Assembly: GCA_039809905.1 (NCBI GenBank)
Contig: JBDHVY010000001.1
Coordinates: forward strand, 420,001 to 452,000
Source of the DNA: Candidatus Babelota bacterium
Lineage (GTDB): Bacteria > Babelota > Babeliae > Babelales > Vermiphilaceae
Length of the DNA stretch: 32,000 nt
Reading direction: 5' to 3'
The notes below the pieces were generated by a model, which was given only the letters and a program-made list of their open reading frames with translations, had not been told where the DNA came from and made no database searches. Below are positions 24,995-32,000 of the stretch, one piece after another (within the stretch, counting starts at the first letter, position 1; each line of letters begins with the position of its first letter). Both the position numbers and the translations under genes were made by a program.

Positions 24995-26707
24995 TTATGT
25001 TTTCATCAAACCACTTGCACCCGATAAACTACCAAGAACATATTTCACGTCTTCATCACCAAATCGCATGCCAAGTCCGACAAATATATTAGCATTCTGT
25101 TTACTCACAAAATCATCCGCACCGAAGGTGAAATAAATATTGCGCATTACATACATTCTATTAAGCCACTTAAGGTGTGGACGTTTATCTTGATGGAATT
25201 TAGTTGGTCCTCTGCGATTAAAGCCACGGAAATCAAATCCTTCAAACGTTGTTACCCAACGGAATTTATCATTTTTGAATGGAAACTCATAATCAGCGCC
25301 AAGACCTGCAAACCCATCCATTAATCCAATACGTAATGCAACATCTCCAAATATTTTACCAAATTGCAACCCAATACGTATGCCATTGCGATCAAACCAT
25401 AATTTTTGCTGACGATAAACTGGTTTTAATTTTTCTTCTGATACTAATGTATTTTCATAAAAATTATCCGATAATAATTGTGGCCGAGCATCTGCAGCTG
25501 CTGGTGGATTAAATTGTTTTGCTGGATCAATGAAATCAAGATTATCATTGGTATAGACATATTCTTTATCTCTACGATATGCAAAACCTTTTTCAGAACT
25601 GGTTATTTGTATTAAATAAAAATGTTCTTCATTCGGGTGAACTCGAATATCAAAATATCCTTTTGAATCTTCATAGCGATAATTTTCCGCCGGACGGTGC
25701 ATCGTTTCAAAATGCGTATCAAATAAAATTTGCAAACGATCAAGTTTGCTTACATAATTTTTAAAGCCCGATACGGCAACTTTAAGATCTCTATAGGTTT
25801 CATCTTCATTAACGAGTTTACCCAGTAGACCTTTTCCTTCATCAATTTTTTCTGCAACAGAACTAACACTACGCAATCCATCACGTGCTTGTGCAGCCGC
25901 TTCTTCAAGTGCGTCAGTTGTTACTTCAACTCTTCCTGCTATGCGTCCAAAATCACGATCAAAGACATTTGATATTTTTTCGATACTTTCTTGAAACGAA
26001 GGAAACACATTATTTTCTAAACGATCAGCGAGCATACGTACATTTGTACCAATTTCTAAAAATGCATCAATATTTTCTTCATTACGAACAAACGAACGCT
26101 CAATAACATTTGTTACGGTAGAAAATTTTTCTGCGGCATTATCAAGATTAGTGATAAATGATTTGAGCTGGTCAACTCCTTGCGGTCCTGCTAATGCTTC
26201 TTTAACCGATTCACTTACTTCACGTACATTTCCAGCAATTTCTCTAAATTCACGCAATAAATCATCAAGATCAACAGGATCCATTGTTGATTTTTGCAGA
26301 GCTTCACCTTCACTGAGCGTACGCAATAATGAATCACCCGGAACTAAATCTATGTATTTTGGCCCTAAAAGACCATCTTGACGAACAATAGCACATGCAT
26401 TTTGATATAAAGGATATTCAGCTGAAACCATTGCTATGGCTTCCGCTTTTGCTTCAGTTTTTGAATCGGAACTAGAAAGAAGCGTTATTTCTTCTACCCA
26501 ACCAACTTTTACTCCAGCAATTTTTACCGCAGCTTTACGCGATAATCCTGAAATATCATGGAAATATAATACGTATTTTGTATATTGTGCGCGATCAAAA
26601 CGAAATGCTCCAATTTTAAAGCCCATATAACCAAAAACGGCAAGTGCTATTAAAACAAAGATTCCAACACGCGTCTCTATTTTACCTTGCAAACTAATAT
26701 TCCCCAT
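24995..26707 (-). CDS. MCE/MlaD-domain protein, long form (570 aa)
   Basis: N-terminal TM VGIFVLIALAVFGYMGF, then an MCE domain (YVLYFHDISGLSRKAAVKIAGVKVGWVEEI...VRQDGLLGPKYIDLVPG), an approximately 250-aa helical region and a Gly/aromatic-rich C-terminal domain. Confidence 0.85.
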   Translation of the reverse strand: MGNISLQGKIETRVGIFVLIALAVFGYMGFKIGAFRFDRAQYTKYVLYFHDISGLSRKAAVKIAGVKVGWVEEITLLSSSDSKTEAKAEAIAMVSAEYPLYQNACAIVRQDGLLGPKYIDLVPGDSLLRTLSEGEALQKSTMDPVDLDDLLREFREIAGNVREVSESVKEALAGPQGVDQLKSFITNLDNAAEKFSTVTNVIERSFVRNEENIDAFLEIGTNVRMLADRLENNVFPSFQESIEKISNVFDRDFGRIAGRVEVTTDALEEAAAQARDGLRSVSSVAEKIDEGKGLLGKLVNEDETYRDLKVAVSGFKNYVSKLDRLQILFDTHFETMHRPAENYRYEDSKGYFDIRVHPNEEHFYLIQITSSEKGFAYRRDKEYVYTNDNLDFIDPAKQFNPPAAADARPQLLSDNFYENTLVSEEKLKPVYRQQKLWFDRNGIRIGLQFGKIFGDVALRIGLMDGFAGLGADYEFPFKNDKFRWVTTFEGFDFRGFNRRGPTKFHQDKRPHLKWLNRMYVMRNIYFTFGADDFVSKQNANIFVGLGMRFGDEDVKYVLGSLSGASGLMKT

Positions 26708-26756
26708 GTTTCATTTCATTCCACACGGGGATCCCGTAATAGAATGAGAAACTGTT
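26702..26756. repeat. Hairpin repeat dimer overlapping the MCE start codon
   Basis: ccccatgtttcatttcattccacacgggg (26702-26730) followed by at-cccgtaatagaatgagaaactg (decayed). The first 6 nt are the complement of the ATGGGG start of the MCE gene. Confidence 0.75.
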
Positions 26757-27859
26757 TAAAGCCAGTATAATTTTTTTATTATAACATCATATTCAATATT
26801 ATCACCTTGTACACTCTTATTTCTCTCCAAAATCGCGTATACATTTTGTGTCATGTTGCCAACGGTAGCTTGTACACGTACAGAAAAATATTTTGGTGCA
26901 AATGTTGTACTCAGCATTGAGTCTATATTTTTAGGCAAAGTCCGCAACTCTTTCCCATATATTGGCATCAAAATTGTTTGCCAATCCTGTTGCCAATTTG
27001 ATCGTTCTTTAAAATTCTTGAGCCAACCTTCAGTTTGCTCTTTTCTTTTTTTTATATCATCAACTTCTACTCGTGGCAATCCTAATAATCCATTTATTGA
27101 ATCTGAAAAAAGCCATGGCTCAATTTTATCAGAACTCGACCATACCGTAAAAATATCTGTTAAATAAATAGTATCTTGTTTTTTTATTGTTGGAGGTTGA
27201 TAAAACAATATATCTTTGAAAGAATTAAATTCCTTTCTTACTATTAATTCTGTTGCATCATTAAAAGGATATTGCATTTCTTTTATTATTTTTTCAAATG
27301 CAGGAAACAAATCTGATGTTTTGGTAATGCGCTCAATTGATTTACATAGTTCCTGCATTATAGCTTTCCAGCCTGATTTTTCAGTTCCGTAAAATGCATT
27401 TTTCTTAAAATCAATAATACGATTTAAATTAATTTTTCCCTCTTCACACATCAAACATATGCTTATTTTCCCATCAATACCGTCTACATTTTCTGATAAA
27501 TCAAAATCTTGCCAACGATTGAGACTTGGTAATATGCGTGATAAAAATTCTTTTTCCGGATTATTTTTTGACGAGGTTTTGCCACCTGATTTCTCTTCTT
27601 CTTTTGGCTGCTCTTTTTCTTGTTTCGTAGGTGATTGCGCTAATTGCGCAATTGCCACTTGAACACCGCTGAGCGCTAACGTTTTTGCTTTTTCACGTTC
27701 AATAATCATATGTGAAAATGGCATATAATATGATCCACGATGTCCCACATAGGTAGCAACTACCATTGCTGCTCCAATGGCAAGAAATGTAAAAATCATT
27801 ATGTAGCCGGGGTTGGCTTTTTTAGGCTTATGCCCCTTAAGAAACTTATTTAATTTCAT
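26756..27859 (-). CDS. gspK: GspK-like minor pseudopilin
   Basis: N-terminal hydrophobic helix PGYIMIFTFLAIGAAMVVA without Glu+5, a following ...KAKTLALSGVQVAIAQL, and a GKINLN motif. Position after gspJ. Confidence 0.65.
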   Translation of the reverse strand: MKLNKFLKGHKPKKANPGYIMIFTFLAIGAAMVVATYVGHRGSYYMPFSHMIIEREKAKTLALSGVQVAIAQLAQSPTKQEKEQPKEEEKSGGKTSSKNNPEKEFLSRILPSLNRWQDFDLSENVDGIDGKISICLMCEEGKINLNRIIDFKKNAFYGTEKSGWKAIMQELCKSIERITKTSDLFPAFEKIIKEMQYPFNDATELIVRKEFNSFKDILFYQPPTIKKQDTIYLTDIFTVWSSSDKIEPWLFSDSINGLLGLPRVEVDDIKKRKEQTEGWLKNFKERSNWQQDWQTILMPIYGKELRTLPKNIDSMLSTTFAPKYFSVRVQATVGNMTQNVYAILERNKSVQGDNIEYDVIIKKLYWL

Positions 27860-27868
27860 AAATCATAA

Positions 27869-28942
27869 TCACATACTTTTTAAAAGCTTTGTTAAACTGC
27901 CCAATGTGTTGGTGAGTGTTTCAATAACAACCGTTTCCTTTGTTACCATTGGATTACCTACATTACCATTGCGAGCAACCATCTGCCCTGGTTTGTTTGG
28001 TTTATTTTCAGGCTTTTCCGATTTTGGCTCAACCTTTTTTTCTTGTTGTGGTTGTTGTTCGTTTTCTTGTTGCGCATGTAAAGAATCAACAGGAATCTCA
28101 CAGACAATAGTAAATTCTTCATCTTTTGTATGCAGTTTATCCCATAACGTTATTTTAAATTCAACCGCATAAGGAATTCGCGGAAATTCTGGTTCTTGTT
28201 TTTGATCAGCTTGTTTATTCTTATCCTTTTTTTGTTCGCTTATCCATTCTGGCTGAACTTTATATTCATATGATATTTTTTGCTTGTCGTGCGATTTTTG
28301 TTCAGCTTTTTTCTCTTCTTTTTTTTCAAGACGTGCCGTAAAACTCACCGTTATTTTTTTTATACCACCAATAATTTCATATGGCCGAACATTTTTATAA
28401 TCAGCCAGATCAAGTTCATTACCTTCTTGGCGAAACAGTGCATAAGAATCTTTTATACCTTGTTCTGGTTTTACGGTATATTGCACGCGAACAACTTTTG
28501 GTTTTACCGTACCAACATCTTTACCAACAAAAACAACCAATGGATTATTGGTCACGAATGAAAGTGTATCAAGCATGCCATTTTTATTGGTGCTATAAAA
28601 TATTTTTTCTATTGGCTTTGCTTGTTTTTTTTGGCCTTCTTTTTGGCCACCTTGCGCAGCTTGGGATGTATCAGGTTTCTCACCAGCAGAAAGAGCTTCT
28701 TCTATATCACCTTCTTCAGCTTGTACAGGAACAAATGAACCTGCTAAATCTTTTTCTAATTGATTGGCAACAATAGCAATACGTTCTGATGTACTAATAA
28801 GATCATCCACAAAAGCCTGAACCTTATTTCCTTGATACAATGCAGTTAAAAGAACAGTACTTACCATTGATGCTATTAACGTAGCAACGATAAGTTCAAT
28901 CAACATGAAACCAGACAAACTGTTTTTTTTTATTTTTGTCAT
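27869..28942 (-). CDS. gspJ: GspJ-like minor pseudopilin, expanded (357 aa)
   Basis: Prepilin motif SLSG|FMLIELIVATLI. SERIAIVANQLEKDLAGSF resembles the GspJ helix. Three K/E/Q-rich low-complexity inserts. Confidence 0.6.
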   Translation of the reverse strand: MTKIKKNSLSGFMLIELIVATLIASMVSTVLLTALYQGNKVQAFVDDLISTSERIAIVANQLEKDLAGSFVPVQAEEGDIEEALSAGEKPDTSQAAQGGQKEGQKKQAKPIEKIFYSTNKNGMLDTLSFVTNNPLVVFVGKDVGTVKPKVVRVQYTVKPEQGIKDSYALFRQEGNELDLADYKNVRPYEIIGGIKKITVSFTARLEKKEEKKAEQKSHDKQKISYEYKVQPEWISEQKKDKNKQADQKQEPEFPRIPYAVEFKITLWDKLHTKDEEFTIVCEIPVDSLHAQQENEQQPQQEKKVEPKSEKPENKPNKPGQMVARNGNVGNPMVTKETVVIETLTNTLGSLTKLLKSM

Positions 28943-29355
28943 AATTTTTTCTGCTCTGGTTTTTTATACACAAAAGCCACTAATTGTTCTTCTTTTTTCT
29001 GCCGATCTTCCATCCATGAAATCGTAACAACTTCTCTATGAAGCCCTTCCAACGATTTCAATGTTGATTTTTGATCGACACCTTTTTCAAGAGAATAGGT
29101 AAGCGTTGTATCAAAAGCAACCTCTTTTTTTTCAAGCGAAAAACTTTGTGCTTGTGGCTCTTGTTTTTGATGCGCTTCTTGTAAAAAATTTTTACACAGT
29201 ATAATCAAATTATATGAACGAGATGAACTGCTTACTCGTTGCATTATCATGGTATACATAAGAGAAATGGGAGAAAGAAGCAATGCAGCGATCAGCACTG
29301 ATAACATAACTTCAATTAAAGTAAAGCCAACTTTATGGTTTTTGGAATGTATCAT
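28939..29355 (-). CDS. gspI: GspI-like minor pseudopilin
   Basis: Prepilin motif HKVG|FTLIEVMLSVLIAALL. ATG 29355 gives a 10-aa leader; the track start 29373 is a GTG. The stop overlaps the gspJ start (ATGA). Confidence 0.6.
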   Translation of the reverse strand: MIHSKNHKVGFTLIEVMLSVLIAALLLSPISLMYTMIMQRVSSSSRSYNLIILCKNFLQEAHQKQEPQAQSFSLEKKEVAFDTTLTYSLEKGVDQKSTLKSLEGLHREVVTISWMEDRQKKEEQLVAFVYKKPEQKKL

Positions 29356-29890
29356 ATGCTTTAAACTGCGCACTAAAAGGGTTAAGTACTAGTCCTATAG
29401 GACGAACATGATCATTCAAAAGGTCTTTTGTATCATTAAAATTAATAACCACATTCTGCACCATGCCATCAGGGATAATATAAAACCAAACAGATGCCGT
29501 TTTGCTTTGCGCAAACTTTGCCATCATATCAAATCCTTCAATAAAAAATTGTTTGATAACAATCTGATCAGGAATAATAAATGATGCATCTTGAACAGGA
29601 TTAACTAATGGCTTAAATAGACCTTCTCCCGATTTATCTTTTTCATTGGATTCAACGGTTAACGAAATTTCTTTTTTGCCAACATCAACGGTAACACGAT
29701 GTGTTTTATGAGTAAGCAATCCTTGTTGCCAACCAAATTGAACCAGACTATTGAATCGCGCTATAAACGATTCCCGTTCATAGCGCGGCGTTGATCGTTG
29801 AAAATTGGGTACTATCATAGTACCTAAAATACCAATAATCATAATCACTATCAGCAATTCTAACAAAGAAAAACCACTATATTTATTCAT
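29333..29890 (-). CDS. gspH: GspH-like minor pseudopilin
   Basis: Prepilin motif KYSG|FSLLELLIVIMIIGILG. Size (185 aa) and position after gspG fit GspH. Confidence 0.6.
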   Translation of the reverse strand: MNKYSGFSLLELLIVIMIIGILGTMIVPNFQRSTPRYERESFIARFNSLVQFGWQQGLLTHKTHRVTVDVGKKEISLTVESNEKDKSGEGLFKPLVNPVQDASFIIPDQIVIKQFFIEGFDMMAKFAQSKTASVWFYIIPDGMVQNVVINFNDTKDLLNDHVRPIGLVLNPFSAQFKAYDTFQKP

Positions 29891-30335
29891 CCCAAACGCT
29901 TATCCATTCCTCTTTTGGAGAACCTTTACCATTTGGACCGTAGGATAACAACTCATATGGTCTCTTGGATCCTTCTGGATTCACTTTATAAGAATACTTA
30001 TTGCTCCACGGATCTTCTGGTGCTTCTTCTATTTCAACATATGGCCCTTGCCATTTTTTGGAAGCACGTTCATCTTTTGGTCGCTTACCTAGATCCATTA
30101 GTTTTTGAGGAAGAACACCAGTATGTGTTTTATACATCATAATAGCATCTTTAAAACTCTTCATTTCAGTCCGAGCCGTTGTTTTTTTTGCATTATCAAG
30201 CATTTGAAAAACTTTAGGACCAACCAATCCCGCAACAAGACCCAAAATCATCACTGCAATCATAATTTCCATTAAAGAAAATCCAGCACGTGCATACCGA
30301 TGCACATTATTATCAGCGTATGACACAGTTGCCAT
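29883..30335 (-). CDS. gspG: Type II secretion major pseudopilin GspG
   Basis: AAAGGAG lies 5 nt before ATG 30335. Leader ...YARAG|FSLMEIMIAVMILGLVAGLV. Core DPWSNKYSYK...LLSYGPNGKGS matches the GspG pattern DPWGN.Y.Y...S.G.DG. Confidence 0.85.
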   Translation of the reverse strand: MATVSYADNNVHRYARAGFSLMEIMIAVMILGLVAGLVGPKVFQMLDNAKKTTARTEMKSFKDAIMMYKTHTGVLPQKLMDLGKRPKDERASKKWQGPYVEIEEAPEDPWSNKYSYKVNPEGSKRPYELLSYGPNGKGSPKEEWISVWDE

Positions 30336-30358
30336 AAAAACTCCTTTGTTAATAATTA

Positions 30359-31570
30359 TCATCCAATATTTTCAAGTTGTCCCATCATTGGCAATGCAAT
30401 TGCAAGCACAATGAATCCAACAATCACCGCCATAACCACTAACATCAGTGGCGAAATAAGCCCAGTTAATGTATCAACCAACTCAACATAATCTTTTTCA
30501 TACGTATCGGCAACAGTCAAAAGCATAGCATCTAATTGACCTGTTTGTTCACCCGTTTTAATCAGATAAATTGCAATCGGAGGAAACATGTTTGTTTGTT
30601 GCAAATATTCTGCAATTTTACCTTCCTTAACAATATTATCACGCGCAGTACGCAAGGCTTGCGCAAGTACTTTATTATCAATAACACTTACTACGATATC
30701 AAGCGCATCGGCAATGTTAACACCACCTTCTAATAATAATCCCAATGTATAGCTAAACTGCACTACCGCATTCATTTTAGAAAGATTTTTAATGATAGGT
30801 ATACGCAATTTTAATTGATCATATTGTCGTCCACCAACAGCACTTGATTTCCAAACTTTAAATAAGCTTACAAGAGCAATGAGCACTCCAATCATTGCAA
30901 TAAAATGATCCACCATAAAATCAGAAAGTGCCATAACAAATGCTGTCGGACCCGGTAATTCTTTTTTTTGTGATGCAAAATTTTTCGCCATATTTGGCAC
31001 CACTTTTACAATCAAGACCACTATAACAACAATTGCAACAACCAATTGTATCAGTGGTTGTTGCAATGCGCCTTTTACCTTTTTGGAAATTGCTTCTCGA
31101 CGTTCCAGAAACATCGTAAGCCGTTCAAGAATAGTGTCTAATTTACCCGTTGCTTCACCTGCTCGCACCAATTGAATATAAATATTTTCAAATACCTTGG
31201 GATATTTTGCGAGAGCATCTGCGAGAGAAATACCTTCTTTTACATCATCCTTGATGCGTACAAGCATATTTTTCATTCCACCTTCAAACTGCTCAATCAG
31301 CAATTCAATTGCTTGCAAAATAGGGACACCCGATTTAAGTAAAATAGCAAATTGTTTAGTGAAAAGAATTTTATCTTTAGCTGTCGGTTTTTTTTCAAAC
31401 AATCGTGCAAAAAAACCAGCCGTTGAAGTACCGCCAGATAATTCAATTTTAGTTGGAAACAAACCTTGACGAGCCAAAAGCTCTTTTAAAGCATCGGCTG
31501 ATGGCGCATCAATAATGCCGTGCACTTTTTTACCATCTTTTGAAAAGCCTTCATACGAGTATAATGCCAT
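30359..31570 (-). CDS. gspF: Type II secretion / type IV pilus platform protein GspF
   Basis: 403 aa. Duplicated T2SSF motifs (LLKSGVPILQAIELL; LLEGGVNIADALDIV), three TM segments, AAGGA RBS. Confidence 0.92.
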   Translation of the reverse strand: MALYSYEGFSKDGKKVHGIIDAPSADALKELLARQGLFPTKIELSGGTSTAGFFARLFEKKPTAKDKILFTKQFAILLKSGVPILQAIELLIEQFEGGMKNMLVRIKDDVKEGISLADALAKYPKVFENIYIQLVRAGEATGKLDTILERLTMFLERREAISKKVKGALQQPLIQLVVAIVVIVVLIVKVVPNMAKNFASQKKELPGPTAFVMALSDFMVDHFIAMIGVLIALVSLFKVWKSSAVGGRQYDQLKLRIPIIKNLSKMNAVVQFSYTLGLLLEGGVNIADALDIVVSVIDNKVLAQALRTARDNIVKEGKIAEYLQQTNMFPPIAIYLIKTGEQTGQLDAMLLTVADTYEKDYVELVDTLTGLISPLMLVVMAVIVGFIVLAIALPMMGQLENIG

Positions 31571-31601
31571 AAAAAATCCTTAAAAAACTCTATCTTTTGA
31601 T

Positions 31602-31631
31602 TTGATCAATTATTTAGCTTTGTGATAAAAT
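31602..31631 (+). promoter_or_regulatory. Candidate sigma70 promoter for the 31679 gene
   Basis: TTGATC (31602-31607), 18-nt spacer ending in TGa (extended -10), TAAAAT (31626-31631). Confidence 0.35.
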
Positions 31632-31678
31632 AAACAATCGAACAGGTTTGATCTACCATTTTTATACGGAGTTAAATC

Positions 31679-32000
31679 ATGATTTATAGATTTATTACAC
31701 TGTTATCAGTATACACTCTTTTCATTCATAGTATAAATGCTCATCCTTTTCAAGGAAAAGATGCTGATATACAAAACCAAAGTAATCATATTGCAGCAAT
31801 TCAACATGAATTAAAACATCCTCGCTATGCAAAAGATATTTTACCATACGATCTTTCTCACATTGTCCAACTATTGAGCTTTGGTAATACACAAAATCAA
31901 TCACCTCTTTATGCTCGTTCAGTATTACAATCTTTCAGCACTATACTCAAGCGTTCTCATTGTGTCAGTGCTCATGCATTTTCTGAACTGCTTGAAGAAT
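31679..32000 (+). CDS. Hypothetical secreted protein, 5' partial (runs off the window)
   Basis: Not in the ORF track because no stop falls within the window. ACGGAG RBS 8 nt upstream of the ATG. Open frame for 107 codons. Signal peptide MIYRFITLLSVYTLFIHSINA. Confidence 0.6.
   Translation, partial: MIYRFITLLSVYTLFIHSINAHPFQGKDADIQNQSNHIAAIQHELKHPRYAKDILPYDLSHIVQLLSFGNTQNQSPLYARSVLQSFSTILKRSHCVSAHAFSELLEE

Noticed and set aside
25279-28776. Plus-strand ORFs antisense to the MCE, gspK and gspJ genes
   Set aside because: They are shadow ORFs. The ones opposite gspJ mirror its low-complexity K/E/Q inserts as Phe/Leu-rich strings.
30336-30362. Longer gspG start (MIIINKGVF...) overlapping the gspF stop
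   Set aside because: ATG 30335 is preceded by a strong AAAGGAG RBS and already gives a long prepilin leader. The extension adds hydrophobic residues atypical for a leader. It cannot be fully excluded.

Overview
AT-rich (roughly one-third GC by eye), very gene-dense bacterial chromosome segment with about 34 CDS. I saw no rRNA, tRNA, CRISPR array, transposase or integrase. Housekeeping anchors are leuS (7199-9655), atpD-atpC (13100-14824, minus), pgi (16562-17884) and a DAO-family FAD oxidoreductase (19226-20509, minus). A type II secretion-like operon gspF-G-H-I-J-K (26756-31570, minus) runs directly into a long MCE/MlaD-domain protein and a small putative lipoprotein. About 15 CDS start with Sec-type signal sequences. 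These include two WD40-repeat proteins, an ankyrin-repeat protein, a PI3/4-kinase-like protein and a loose family of small Cys-motif proteins. This profile suggests a host-associated or intracellular bacterium; a Dependentiae/TM6-like origin is only a guess. Four things look most unusual. (1) A dispersed family of GC-rich CCCC...GGGG hairpin repeats sits at seven intergenic loci, often as dimers, and its 3' arm and flank (ATGGGG) coincide with or sit next to the start codons of the herA-like, MCE and pgi genes. (2) A tight Nudix / orphan HI0074-type HEPN (RX4H changed to RX4Y) / MazG operon lies at 858-2265. (3) The partial T2SS-like operon is fused in line with an MCE module. (4) A 22-bp hairpin buries the ribosome-binding site of a downstream gene. 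Family assignments come from motifs I read in the translations; no database search was run.
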